64,000 bases of DNA from Hydrolagus colliei (Eukaryota): positions 17,174,001 to 17,238,000 of the forward strand of contig CM068749.1 of the NCBI GenBank assembly GCA_035084275.1, read 5' to 3'. The first letter of the stretch is position 1; the number at the start of each line of letters is the position of its first letter. The position numbers were made by a program, and so were the translations under genes. Of this stretch, positions 26,808 to 40,800 are shown one piece after another. Below the pieces are notes generated by a model. It worked only from the letters and a program-made list of their open reading frames with translations, ran no database searches and was not told the DNA's origin.

Positions 26808-27749
26808 TCAAAGTATGTCTCTGACATCTGGAATAGCCAGGCTGGTATAGTTTAGTGTGCAAAAATAGAGCTGTTTGCTTTCCAATTGTGAAAAAATCTG
26901 GAGCTCTACACACTAGGCAAGTCAAAACTATTCATCTTTACAGCTGAATGCTATTAACAGGTTTACAACAAATCTTGCTGGATTCTATCGCAGTATACTG
27001 ACTGAGTCTCTATTTTAATGGTTACATTTGACACACAAAGGTTGTTACATACACAGTTCAAGTCTGTTATAAACATGTTTAAGATGTCTACAATGGTAGT
27101 CTGGAGGTAATTTATGATGAGTTAATTTCTCCCTCCACCAACACCTCAGTATAATCACTAACAATCTAAAGCCTAGTAAAGAAGAGTTTAAAAAAATCTT
27201 GTTTGAGAATAGAAGCGGATTTACAAACTTTGGAGTAATTTGGTGGACTAAATTAGAATATTTTTGTTGAAAAGCTCCCTCTTTATCTTACTTCTGTCTA
27301 TACAGTACTGTATTTAATATTATAGATTGTTTTTCGATAAGCTTTGCAAGTGTAACAAGATTTGTTCACCAATACTGGAAGATTTGTTTACCAATACTGG
27401 AACAAAGAAAAATATTGAAACTGTGCAAGATAGTTATTCTTTGATCTGGGGAAATGGCTTTGCTGCTGGGAGATAGGATTCCTCGGGTTTGTGAAATTGT
27501 CGGGCTGTAAACCCTAAATGTATTTTTAATGGAGCTGATCCCATTTCTGTAGTATAGAAAGATCACATTGTTGGAGCTGGGTGGAAGTTAGGAGACTTCT
27601 TAGTTTTAAGTTCTTCCTCAGATAACCTACATTTTGTCCAGAATGGTATATACTAAGATGCATAATACCAAAGTTGCTCCTAAAGCCGCCTGGAATAAAA
27701 GGTGGACGTCATACAGTCTTGGGAAATCCCAGTTTTGATCCATAACACA

Positions 27750-28001
27750 GAGTCCTGTAGCTCAGTGTTTATAGCACTCGCCTTACAAGTAAGAGACCTG
27801 GGTTCAATTCCCGGCAGGCCAAAACCTTGGGCAAGTTTCCTTACTCATGTCTGATAATAATTCCTCTAAAAATACAATAATAAATTTGTCATTTCCATCC
27901 ACGACTGTTTATGGGACACTGCTGTGCGCAATTGGCTGCCATGTTTCTCCCACCAGAAGACGCGATAAGGCGCTATATCAAATGCAAGGATTATTCTTAT
28001 T
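27750..28001 (+). mobile_element. DeuSINE, intact head, internal deletion before the tail
   Basis: gtagctcagtgtttatagcactcgccttacaag...gggttcaattccc...gcgctatatcaaatgcaaggattatt. Confidence 0.92.
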
Positions 28002-30369
28002 ATGAGAAGGCAGATACCTAGTGCAGCTTGACAATGTAGAAAGTCACTGTGTTCTGTGGAGGTAGAACCCACAGGTTTTTCACACAGCTGTAGCACTGGA
28101 CCTCAGATGAAGGAGGCTATTTCCTTTTTCCAAGAAAAAGCATTTTGATTGCTTCCACAATTCTCAAGAGCAACGTTGTCTGGAAAATGCATCCAATCGC
28201 TTGTATGGGGAATGGATGAGAGACCAAAGGTAAGAGAGAAAAGAACTTGGCAGATGGCTTGAAATGACTAATTCAGTACACAGTGCATGTGAAGACTAAA
28301 CACTGTCGTTTGTCCCCGCTTTTGGCTAATCTGTACCGAGTAAACTGAACTCAGCTGGAGCTGTGGTGAAAGTGGAAAAATTCTGTTTGTTTCTATTCCT
28401 GATTGCTCTCCAGTGATATGCTTAAAAATGTGTGCATATTCTGCTATCCCACAGTTGCATAGCCTTCTGGCACTCACTGTCTGGCCTCACATGTGAACAA
28501 AATACATTTGAGTGGGATACCAGTAGACCACCAGAATCCACAGAATTGCAAACTACGTATTAAGTTAAACCCTTCAGGAGATGAGGTAACAAAAAAACTA
28601 ATCGCAAGGAAATAAGGGTCATGTCCATTTCTTTTATAAAACGCAGCTCACACATAACCTCAAGTTGACTCAAGTCCCCAAGTCATTTTTTGGCTGAATT
28701 GATTGCTTCTGCAAAGGATACATTCAATGAAATTCTTAAAAGAATGTAAAACTTTGCTATCGGCAAAAAATTGCTCAGTTATAAATACCACCCCTTGTCC
28801 CATAAATGTAGATAAGATTGGGGTGAAACTAATCAGCAAAGGCAATCAGAAACAGCAACATATTAAGCATCAGACCATAAGAAAGGAGGCATGTAACAGA
28901 TGAAGACCATCACATCATCGTTAAAACTCCAGGCCCGAATATCAGATCATATCAAATCCCTGCCAACCTGCACATCCTTTTCGCATCCAGATGAGGAAAC
29001 GGTCAAACATACTTGTGGCCACCTTGAGACCAGTCAGTGCTTGGACAAATGAACTCATTCTTTGCATTTTAGGTCATGGAAATTCTTCACAGCTCACAAC
29101 CTTTAAAAAGTGGTTTTCACCTAAAATGCCTCGGCAGAAAATCAAATGTAGTCAAGGCTGCAAAACACACACAAACATACATGAAGTGATCTAATAAATA
29201 GCAAAACTCTGAAATACAGCCTTTCACACCTAGCTTTTTTAAATCTCATTGATCGCAAGAGTGTGCTGACACACATACTTGAAAAGTATTTCACCACATA
29301 AATATAAATCAAATGAATCGTGCGATGTTAATGCCTTATGCTCACTTGTTTATTTGTACGTATTTCAAATTATTCATTTGTTCCTTAAAAAAAACGTGAT
29401 TACATCATCTTAACCACAGTACAAAAGCTGTACAACAGAGCAAGCGAAGCATTTCATTGTGGCGGGTTTGTGACTCTGCACTTTTAATGAAAGCCAGAAG
29501 CAACTGAGACAGATGTCTGGAAAGGAATACCCGAGACTGAGCCAAAATCACTGGCAGATTTAATCGTGTGCAAAATCAACACCTGCACTTTTGACAAATG
29601 TTTGGAAACAATGTGATGCCAGAAATATCATCTCGCACTATAATCACAAACCTGGTTGGTTTGTGAGAATGGTGATACCAAGCCAATGCCTCAACCTCAG
29701 GGTTAATTCGTAATGTGTCATCCTGCATACTTGACCCTATTAAAGAAGCAGGAGATAGATGATGACAGGAATGCTGTTCAATAGTTGAAAGCCTTTTTTT
29801 TCCCTCTACATGCTACATGAAGAAATCCATTGTATTGTGCTTTTTAAAAAAAAAATTGACAAGAGTTGCATTTGCTCACAATTCATGTTGATAGTTATTT
29901 GAGATAGTTCCATTATCCATGTAATCCCAGTCAACACAATTGCAGTCACACATATTTAGGTTTAATCATTTCTATTTGTCAATTATTTGACACTAAACCA
30001 CAATTTAAAAAAAATTATGTCATCTGAAATTCACTTTCAAGTGTGACTTGTTGATCCAAAACATGACACATATGTGACACATTTCTCTTTAACATACTTT
30101 ACTTTCAAGTAGAGTAACCCTCAGAACAGACAGAATAGGAAATATTTCGAAACCCAGGTATTTAAACTGAAAATACTACATGAAAATTCTAGCCTTGAAG
30201 AATGTATTTTTCAATAATTTCCTATTTTAGATGCTATCTATTGAAGCATTTGATATGCGACTAATGGGGTCTATTAAACGTGGCAAATTGGATTTATTTT
30301 GTTAATTGTGAATTTCAATTTGCGCATATCAGATTGTGGAATTCACCGAAAGATTCACCAATGTTTAAT

Positions 30370-30620
30370 CAACAACAACTCGCATTGATACAGAGCCCTC
30401 ACGCAGGGTATCATCCCACAGCGCTTAATCCCACACCTCTGCTACCCCCAGATTGGCGGAGCACAACGCCAATCTGGGGGTAGCAGAGGTGACGCAGGAA
30501 GGCCTTCAGGCACGATCTGAAGATGGGGATAGAAGGGGCAAAGCGGAGGGTTAGGGTTCCAGAATTTCGGGACATAGTGGCTGAAAGGTTGGCCACCAAT
30601 GGTGGAATGGAGAGCATGGG
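30370..30620 (-). mobile_element. L2-clade LINE 3' end
   Basis: Minus frames give TIGGQPFSHYVPKFWN and LRFAPSIPIFRSCLKAFL (L2 ORF2 C-terminus), then aagcgctgtgggatg...tatcaatgcgagttgttgttg. Confidence 0.8.
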
Positions 30621-31139
30621 AGACACAATTCCCAAGCTAACATAGTGAGGTTTGCTCTGCTGGTATTTTTATGGCTTCTGTTGGCTGGGAATTCATGAAT
30701 TGTCTTTCGTGAATCTTAACATGCATTTCACAAGCTGCTGTTTGCAAAACTATCCAATTTGTGATTGCAAGTCTACCCCCCCCCCCCACCACCCCCATAT
30801 GTCCTTATTGCAGCCACACACAAAAGGCCATTGTAGTTCATTGGGTGCAGCTGAAAAAATGTTTGCAAGTGGAGATGAGCACAAACATGACATCTGAGCT
30901 CAAACCAATATTTTTCAGGGAGCTGGGAGGCGTTTTGACTGATCTTAGCGTTTCCCAGTTTAGCTGAAATTTGGCTCGTTCTTTTCAAACAAGTAGAAAT
31001 CAAAAACAAATCTGCATGTCCCAACTTTGCTTGTGTACAGCTGTGCCCTTGAGAAAAATATTCTTCCCAGATTCAAAACATTTGAACTGTGTGTGCACCG
31101 AATGTTAAGATTTCTTACTGGAGAATCCTAAGCAGCGCA

Positions 31140-31540
31140 CATGAAGTTCTGGATCACACTCTAGCGTAGAATTTATTTCTGTGAATGGGAAATGTGTTTT
31201 TGGAAGCTGTAACGAACAATCTTACACATGAGGGCCCAGTTGCCAACAATGAACAATCCAAACCTAGATGTGAACCGGGTGAGGGAGACCAGGCACCAGG
31301 GTACGTTTGGAGTGAGAGAACTTGGGAAGACTGGGAATAGTTGTGATAGGAGCATTCAGTGATCCAAGCTGGGCAAACAGTAGACTGAGCAGAGCTGCGA
31401 ATGGGGGGGAAAAAAAGGGGGATAAGAGACCCCCACAACAGGAAAGTAGACATTGAGGACAGAAACATGGAGGAATGGTCAGGATTTAAGAAACAAAGTG
31501 AGGATTGGACCAAAAGTGTGAAGATTCAAAGTACTGAATC
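31140..31540 (-). mobile_element. Degenerate L2 ORF2 fragment
   Basis: Pyrimidine-rich minus strand with frameshifted similarity to the L2 'TSRLDYCNSLL...LHWLP' region; collinear with the L2 end at 30370-30620. Confidence 0.5.
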
Positions 31541-31699
31541 AGTGATTGTTTGAAGATTTTTTTTTCCTTCCATCATAAATCCGAATAAATTAGAATTAAG
31601 CAGAATTAAAACAAACCAGTCTTTTATACAGGGGAGTAGATACAAACTGCTCTAAATGTGCAGTTGGTAGGTCAGCCAATTCTTCCAGGCATTAGCCTA

Positions 31700-31812
31700 T
31701 CCAGGATCATGTCTATGTTTGGATTGTTCATTGTTGTCAACTGGGCAGCGCCTTGGGATGTCCTCCTGACGTGAAGGGCGCTCTATAAATGGAATTTTGT
31801 TGTTGTTGTTGT
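31700..31812 (+). mobile_element. SINE/L2 tail with (TTG)n end
   Basis: cagcgccttgggatgtcctcctgacgtgaagggcgctctataaatggaattttgttgttgttg; related copies at about 26704-26765 (+), 53765-53812 (+) and 63049-63110 (-). Confidence 0.8.
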
Positions 31813-33026
31813 GATCTTTCCCCATTCGAGCTGTTGCGGAGGCTATCCCTGAACTATGTTGATCACATGTCTGTAGCCACCAGCCCCTTTCACACAAGAT
31901 GGTTCTTAACAACACAACTCGACAACAATGATGAGTGAAGGAAAGCCAGGGACTTCTGCCACCAGAGACACCAGCTGTAGCAGAATCCAGATGTTCTGCA
32001 AGTGTCCACAAGAAGATAAAAGTGCTTTGGAGCTAAAAGGGAAACATGAATATTACGATGAATGGATTTTTAGGATCACAGCTGCACATGCTTAGCTGCC
32101 CTTTTTGGTGACCCAGAATTAATGCAGTCAAACAGAAACTATCCAAAGAATTGGATTTTGACAAAATACAAGGGAGTGAAAAATAAATGAATTTCTGAAT
32201 TCACCTACCACTTGCCTCTCCTGCCGAGAAGTGAAAGAGATTATCTGGACTTCACCTGAAGCCATAGAAATGAGCAATTAAAAAAATTGTAATATGAATG
32301 CCATTTGTTTTTAAGTAGATTAACTGATGCACACACATTCATCACACAAATCAAATAACAGTTATTTTCTTCCAGGGAGCAAGTCAAGGCAGATCCTGTG
32401 CAACAGCTGTTGGGAGTACATTGCCAACACTTGCCCATCCCCCAACACACCTCATCCAAAGCCTTTAACTGTACCAGTACTAACATTTCCAGTTTAACCC
32501 ACAACTGAAATCCAGCATATAAATAGAGGACAGCAAATTCTCAATTGAACAATCTTTACACATCTAAATTGCTGCCATTTTCTTCTAGAAAGATTGGCAT
32601 CTGCAGAGTATACAACAACAGAACTCTTCATCAGACCCTTTGGAACCCCCCACTGTATTTTGTTTGAACAAAACCATCTGTGCTCAGAATTATCCAAATG
32701 CTATAGACCCTCTTCAAAGTCTTTAGCAATTCAACAACAAACAAGACACCAAAGATTCTTTCAGCCAGAGGCATGAGCTGCAGATTCCCCATCCGACACC
32801 GTTATTGTTACTTTACTATCATAACAAAAACTACCAAACCTCTACCACAACAGCATGTCACAATGGTATGAAAATCCCTATTCAGTTGGACAAAGCCATT
32901 AATGGGATGCTCAAACCAACAAGGCACAACCGGTTTGGCTTTTACCAATCTCATGCCCATCTCTAGCTAAATCTCGACCGTGCTCTTGTATTGCACGTAT
33001 CACACACGAAGAATATTGCACTAGAT

Positions 33027-33280
33027 CAGGGCGAAACCTTGGGCAAATTTCCGTACTCCACACACCTATCAATAATCCCTCAAATAAAACAATAATAAAA
33101 TTGGTCATTTCAATCCACGACTGTTTGTGGGACACTGCTGTGCGCAATTGGTTGCTGCGTTTCACTCACAAATACAGTCAATTCACTTTACAGTATATTC
33201 TGTGAAGCGCTCTGGGACGTCTAGAAGATGTGAAAAGCGCTATATCAAATGCAAGGATTATTATTATTATTATTTATTAT
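33027..33280 (+). mobile_element. 5'-truncated young DeuSINE
   Basis: aaaccttgggcaaatttcc...gtgaagcgctctgggacgtc...(TTA)n. Confidence 0.92.
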
Positions 33281-33967
33281 TTCCACATTGCACCCGGTGA
33301 GGGGTCTGCAATAATCCAAGGCACCTCTGATGACAGACCACAGACCAGTCACTGGGGGCAGGGATTCTTCCTGCCCGGCCTCCAAGCTGAAGCAGACACT
33401 TGCTGGACAATGCTCTCAATTGCAAAGCTTTGTGGTTCAGCTGGTTTCAGGAGTTCCCCAATGCACACTCTGGGTTCCCTGAGCCTTAGTTCTTGCCAAT
33501 CCACACTTAATACATTCCAGAATTCCCTCCAGGGAGAGAGTATGAATTCCATTCCAAAGACAGAAACGTTCCATGTTTAGGTGTGTACCATATATACGTG
33601 GAACTCTCTGTCTTGTTTGGATATTCTTAAGCGTGGAGATGGGTTTTCATATGTGGGACACCCGCCTGACCCAATTAAAAGTGCGCAATACTCTTATGAG
33701 CATAGAGTTTGAAATGTAATGTGTATAGTATATTAACTTACTCTCACAGGAGGAAATGAAACTTTTCCACCTATAGAACACTCTGTAATTAGGAATTGCT
33801 GACTAATTAACTTTGTAACTAAAGAATACACTTAAAACTAAATAATTAACAACCAAGACTAGGACGGTGAAAGACGTATTTATGATGTTTCTGAAACTCA
33901 GAAAGATATTCCATGTTCAAATGTATTCAAAAAGCATTCAAAAAGAAAGACATGCTGCATGGTGGTA

Positions 33968-34306
33968 GTAATAATAATCCTTGCATTTGATATAGTGTTT
34001 TTCATGTCTTTTAGGCATCTCAAAGCGCTTCACAGAATATATGGTAAAGCCAATTGTGCATAGCTGTGTCCCACAAACAGTTGTGGATAGAAATGTCCAA
34101 GTTATGACCAGTCACTTCTGTTTTTGTTTCAGATTTCCAGCATCTGTAGTATTTTGTGTTTTGACCAATTTATTATTGTTTTCTTTGAGGGATTATTATC
34201 AGGTGTGTGGAACAAGAAAACTTGCCCAAGGTTTTGCCCCGCCTGCAATTGAACCCAGGTCTCCCTCTTGTAAGACGAGTGCTCTAACCATTGAGCTACA
34301 GGACTA
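33968..34306 (-). mobile_element. DeuSINE with intact head and rearranged body
   Basis: Minus strand gtcctgtagctcaatggttagagcactcgtcttacaag...gggttcaattgc; tail at 33968-34040. Confidence 0.9.
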
Positions 34307-34752
34307 CAAATGGTATATGGTGCAATCCAGGCTATTTCATCCAACCCATGATTTCATCTTTAATCAGAGATAAAATGATGGCCAATGTAGATTATTAATC
34401 TTCTCCTAGATTTAATTTAGTGATCAATTGATAGTACACGTTATCAATAATACCGGAAATAGAGAAAAAGATACAATGAGGGGTTAATGCAGACTTCTGA
34501 TGGAACGCTATAATACAAACTTCAAACTACACAAACAGGTTGTTAATAGTGTACATCTGGAGGTAGGGAATGTGCAAATGTATATCCTAATGCTCATCTT
34601 CATATGCAACTCAACTGGGAAAACTGCAAACAATTGAAAAATTTGGAGAAAATCTGGAATAGTTAGTTGTCTGGAAGTTACAGATTGTTATATGAAGCCA
34701 ATTAAATGCCGCAACATCACTAGATAAATGATTAAAGGGAATAGTATCTTAC

Positions 34753-34817
34753 CTTGTGCATGTCCTTGTGCAATTCCAGCAGTCATGCATACTGTAAGCA
34801 AGAAAAGGAGGGAGTTC
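34753..34817 (-). CDS. col24a1: col24a1 exon 2 (65 nt; signal-peptide hydrophobic core, NSLLFLLTVCMTAGIAQGHAQ)
   Basis: Acceptor ttcttctctgcag|G and donor AAG|gtaaga; phase 2 in and phase 1 out links exons 1 and 3 in frame. Confidence 0.93.
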
Positions 34818-37800
34818 CTGCAGAGAAGAAGCACAATGGAGTTTAGTAGATCTTCAAAGTTATTCTAAGCTCTACCCTCTAGTGCACTGCTAAACGGCAA
34901 CAAGCATTCACGGTTATGTATGTGGGATAGATTTCAATGGCAATAATCAAACAGAACACCAATAATGGATATTAAATTAATTTAGGTGAGCATTATAATG
35001 TCTCCCTTGTGTATTACTGTCCTCTAATCAATGCGGTCTTTGCTAAAAACCAATTATCCTTTTATATATTCCTAAGAGAAATCTCATTCAAAATTCAATA
35101 ATGATAACATCCCAGCATGAGCAACAAGTCAACCAGTGAGTGATTGACTCAAAAATAAAAGCAAAACCCCAGTAAAATTGAAAACAAACAATAAGTCTTA
35201 TATGACGTTGTGCCCTTCACAGAGGAGGAAAACAAAATGAACGCTTTGGATCAAAATTGCTAGTTTATTGCTGATATCCTTGTGTTCCTTCCACACAAGG
35301 TTAGCACTGTTCATTACATTCTGACTGCAACTAACAGTTGGATATGTAAGATTGATACATATAGTCTGTACAAGTAATCTCGCTGTTAACATCCTATTAC
35401 AAATCTTTTACTACTAATAATAATGTTACAAATTATAGGTCTTTTATGATCTTAAATACAAGGTAAGAGCAGGAATGCTTCTCGTCTCCTTGCCCTCATT
35501 TTGGGACTGAGCCAGGTCTGCTCAGCAAAGCTCAGCGATAGATTTCACCTGCCTGCGGTCTGATCCTGTTTCCAGATCAGATATTATCATTGGGAGGTAA
35601 AGATCACTACCCGCACTCACCTTATTTGAAAAGGAAATTGCACCACATCAAATAAAGAAGAACAGTTAAAATACGTGCATATAAGAATTTTGTTTTACAG
35701 TAGTGTTTTTAGTTCTTTTGCTGGGAAACGCTCATTAAAGCTTCATTAAAATGGTAAATCTAATGTTGTAAAATGAAAAGCGTCCTGTTAATTAATGAAG
35801 TAGAAGACTGTTGCAATAATTACTTTCATCGATTTGAATGTGCATACTAGTATTGTAGTAGTCTTTACACATATTTGTTTAGATTAAATGCTTATGCTTT
35901 TAGGGTAGCACATTTGAATTCTACTCAGGATAAACAAATTATATTCTGAAACATATTAATCACCTGTGTCCATAAGCTCCTTTCTTCTTAAAAAAAGAGA
36001 CATATTAAAAAGAGATGTATGGGTTAACCACGAGGTGTCACTTCAGACGCCCTGATAATCAGTGCTACAAATAAGTTACTTGCAAACTGGGAAAGTATGA
36101 CATAATATTTAAGTTCCTTTCCTTCACATGGATCTATCAATAAAGCTCACACATGTCTATGCCTAGCACTAACCTTTGAGAGTAGATAGTTTCTTTCACT
36201 GGAACATCTTTCAATAACAGGCAACAATAAAACCAGAGCCAGAAACCACAAATTCTACTTTACCTACAGAGTTCCAGAACCATGTACAGTACTGTTTGTA
36301 AATTACAACATAGTAACAAACATACAGTTTACAAAACTATGATATACAGTACAGTATTTATACAACAAAAAAGATGACCTACTTTTGAACAAGATTTTCT
36401 TGTTAAAATCTAAATTAGTGCAGCTATATATACAACCCTTCAGTTAAAGCCCTTCACATTACCAAACAATTTGATTTATGCATCATATAATTTACCAAAT
36501 GTATACAAAACAGCATTAAACACTCCCAAGTATACATTGAAAGACTGATACATTCCTCTAACTTATTTTCAGCTACAGAATCAAATTAGGTGCATGCTAA
36601 GCAAATTGCACTTCATTTATATAGCTATAAATGGACAAATATAATATTGTACTATAAATATGCTACTTTAAAATCTCAGAGTTCTAAAATTGATCTTTCT
36701 GTCTATAATCAGGAAAGACAGCAATGGTTTTTTTTTTAACCAGTTCAGATTAAGCTATATGAAGTAACAAGAAAAAGCCAAGACACAGAATAAGTGCATC
36801 CAAACTTTTTATTGCAAACAGCATGCAAAACAGATTTATGGCAAGGTAACAAATCCGCGTCATGAAATAACACAACAATAAATTACATGCAAGTTTCACT
36901 TAAAACACATTTAAATATCAACAAAGGGTTTGAAGTGCAACCAATATTTAAATCAGTGCTACATCAAGCTTTGTAGATAAAGGTTTTAATATTAAAAATG
37001 TGACCACCAAGATTACACTGTGCCGTGAAAAGGTAAATTTCACAAAACTCTTTGCCTATCGTTTTATTTACCAATGAGCTATGTGGGTCTGCAGAGATAG
37101 AGGAATACTAAGTGGTACTGTAGCACCCACTGTAGGAATGGCGATTGAATTGTCATGATACATTCGGCTGAAGATGGTCTTCAGTTGACTCTAAGGAAGT
37201 CCGAATCACGCACCGTCGCAAATCCAGGCTGTTTTGCTGGATCATCACAAGTATACTTAGCACATGGCAGAGCAGACAGTAATTTTTTTTTAAAAAAATA
37301 GTTTAGATAAAGCTTATATAAAAGATCAAGAAAAGGTACGAGAGACAGAATCAGTAGATCCAAACCTGCACAAAGTAATGGTACCTCTAAGATAAGAACC
37401 ATATTCTACCTCTTGTTGGCTCGATGATTGTGCAGACAAGGAATATTAAAGCGCACACGTGTAAACTTGAAAGCTGATGTGACTCCCATTACTTGCAATT
37501 ATCCCACAGAGGAATAATATGTCATTAAATTCATGAATTTGGGGCGACCTTTTTAATACAAATGACTGCTGCATTTGTGTGCAGAAGCAGTCCCTACATT
37601 CAATAATAATATATCGTGAAGTACTGAGACATTTTGACATTCATAAACTTTCTTTCTCATTCTCTTGTCACCTGGACATGTATTTTGTTTTTAAAACAAA
37701 TCTATTCCCTACAAGGGTATTTGTGTTGCTCTCCAGCCATAACATTTCGTTTGTGATGTGGTGCAATCTCCTTCTCTAAAATCTTGATGGATGATCTATT

Positions 37801-40800
37801 TTGCTGAATCAGAGGACGAGGATGTGAAAGATCTTCTGCATAGATACAAGGACAAGAATTTTTTCTTAGGCAACAATGGTTTACGTATAATTGTAGGATA
37901 AGTTTACAATAAGACAACACTTTCATTATATACCTTATCATATAGAAACAATTAATTATAGACCAAAAGTGTTTGATTATGCTTGCATATATACTGTAAT
38001 ATATATATTTTACAATTTTAATAATAAATATGGAGATGCTCATCAATATAAGAGAGCATAGTTTGATAATATAACGTGACACTTACCAGAATTCCTTGAA
38101 TAGCCAGAGTTCAGCAGGTTTCTGTTCCACAAGACGTAATATTCTGATCACTCTTGCGTATGCCAGGGTTAATGTTTCTCCTTGGTCAAATCTATATCTT
38201 GCATGGTTGCGTTTATCATATTAAATATCTGGAATCACAGATTCCTTATGCATTTAACAATTCAAGCTTTTAGTGACTTTATTTTTTTTAAAAAACATTT
38301 CAGGAACCATGTTCACAATACTGGGGGTGGGGGGGTTAATGCCTGGAAATAGATTTTGCAAATTGTTAAGCAAGAACTTTTAAAAACAAAGGAAAATAAA
38401 TGAAGTTTGGTCACATCACAATTTATTTCTCAGTGTTGTGATTCACTATTTACCTTGGCCCTGTGTAAATACACCTGCAATTCACAATGTAAAAATACAT
38501 TTACACATGGTGCAAAATACAGCTGTGTTTACACACAATGCCAAACATCACACGAGTATCATTTTAAGTAATCTTGCAACCAAATTACTGGAAGTTATAT
38601 TGCTGATAGTAAGCAACGAATGATTACCCAGTCGACAGAAATACTGCAACTGCTGTGGAGATTGACAGTCATAGAATTACTGAGCACCAAAACACTATAC
38701 AATGCGTTGTTTGAATGCTGCTACATGGAATACTGACCTAACTCAACTGAAGTCAGGGTGATATTCTATTAAGTAGCACTCAACTGAGATTTTGTACAAA
38801 TGCAGGCAGCCTCCAGTTCTTTTGGAGCAACTAGAGATTCAGTCCTTAAATCAGGTGATTCTCAGCAACCGGTGGTATGAGATGACATTATTTTTCTGCC
38901 TTTTTTTAATATAAAATATATATTTATTTTAAAACCTATATATTTTTATACCCGTGACAATACACGCCAAACAACAGAACAATCCCCACCGTGTAAATGT
39001 ACGCATTTACATGGTGGGGATTACACTCTCACAAAAAAAATCTTGGTCAAAAATATTTTTCCACCAGCTTTGTGGAAACACAATTCTATTCTCGTTATAC
39101 TTTTTCTATTTTTTTCTGCCTTTGGTTATCATAATTGTTGACCAAATTGAATGTTTTTAATAAAGCTTTCCTGTTTCATTAGGAAAGCATGTGTGTAACA
39201 TCACATCTTATCATAAATGCTACCAGTTTTTTTTAAAAAAACCATATTGGCTGGAATTATCCTGTCTGTGGTAATGTTACCACTAATAGCAATATGGTTC
39301 CTCAGGAGATGATAGTACGTTTCATATCATTACTGCCAGTCAGTGTCTTGATGTTGAAGTGCACGCTCACATAATGATTTACTGAGCACTAAAACCCAGA
39401 TTAAAACTCTCACTAAAGATAGCCCAATACTATTTTCATTTTGTTTATATGTATGTTAAACACATAGTACAAGGATAAATAAAACCTCTAGACTGATGAT
39501 TAGTAAGAAATCTCACTCACTTACAGTAAATACAAATCTGCCATTTATAGAACTGAAATGTAACTAACGATCATCATGATGTAATAAGAGAAGGATTTTA
39601 AAACAGTTTTGTTGAAAATAATTGAGTAAAACTAACCTCAATAACCTTTTCCTGTATCCTGTAGTACACTTAAAATGACAAGGAATGGAAAATGCACCCT
39701 CTCTGTTGTTTTTTAGATTTGGCAAGCCATCAACTAAACGTAATAGATACTGTGTGATATGTTCCAAAACACTCCAGAAACTACATGAGTGAACATTTGT
39801 TTTCACCACAAACCCTTGATCTCCTTAGTAAAGCCAACACAAAAATGTCACACACCTAATTTTCTACAAAGTATCTACTGATCTCTTCTTTTAGAGGCCC
39901 AACTAACTCTTTTCATATTAGCATTTACAAACATAACCACACAAAGTGTTTCAGTCTTCATTAGCTCCAAGATGACTCTTTTTAAAAAAAAGTTTCTCAG
40001 AGTTTTTATTTGTGGTATCTTTCTATCTAAACCAAATACATTCTCAATCTCCTTATATTAAATCGAAATGTCTGTGAATCTACTGTGTTCCTTTACCCGT
40101 CATGTCAGTTACTTTGACAACTGTATCTCTAAATTGCCAGATAATCATTTCAAATCTCAATTCAGTCTTTCTACTCTTGAAACATCAAACGCAGTTTGGT
40201 ACAAAGTTCATCAACATGTCAAACTTTTCTCCCCCGCCCCCCCTCTTACTTTGGGATTGGCGATTATTTGTAGAGCAATTTGTTAACCAATACCAAAATA
40301 TATTATTAGGCCCTGATGAACCCCAGCGCGTTACACCAGAGCCTGGGACTATCTCAGTAATTGCATCCTCTCCCATCCTAAGTGATCCTTATCCTGCCTG
40401 CTTTATTATTGCATAATTGACATCATGATGAGTACAGCTCTGTGCGAATTCCATTTAAGGAGTGATTTTTTTTTAGAGAAGTTTTTTTTTGCAAGGCTGG
40501 TCCTTATTATCTAATTGCTACATCCTGTAGATGACTTGCTCAAAACAATTTAAGCCAGCTTGTCCATTTCACGTCAATGCTCTTTAAGAATCAGCTTCAA
40601 CTTATCCTTGCCCTGAATATCATAAACTTCCACGTGAATTAGTTCAGTCATTTTACCGTTGAGTGATTGATCGACCCATTCAATTTCTGTCTAATCTTTC
40701 TGGGAAGTAAGACTGGAAGTGGTCTTAATGAGTTTGTCCTGATACTTCTCAACAACTTAAAACTTGTGGGATTAATCCCCTGACTATTATTGGATTGTTG

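Noticed and set aside
27750-27815. tRNA-like sequences with A and B boxes (also near 19800, 34250 and 60410)
   Set aside because: SINE heads continuous with the SINE body; no intact acceptor stem or Pol III terminator.
35611-35700. Donor AAG|gtgagt near 35621 considered as col24a1 exon 1
   Set aside because: No in-frame ATG before a stop; the true exon 1 was found at 46279-46334.
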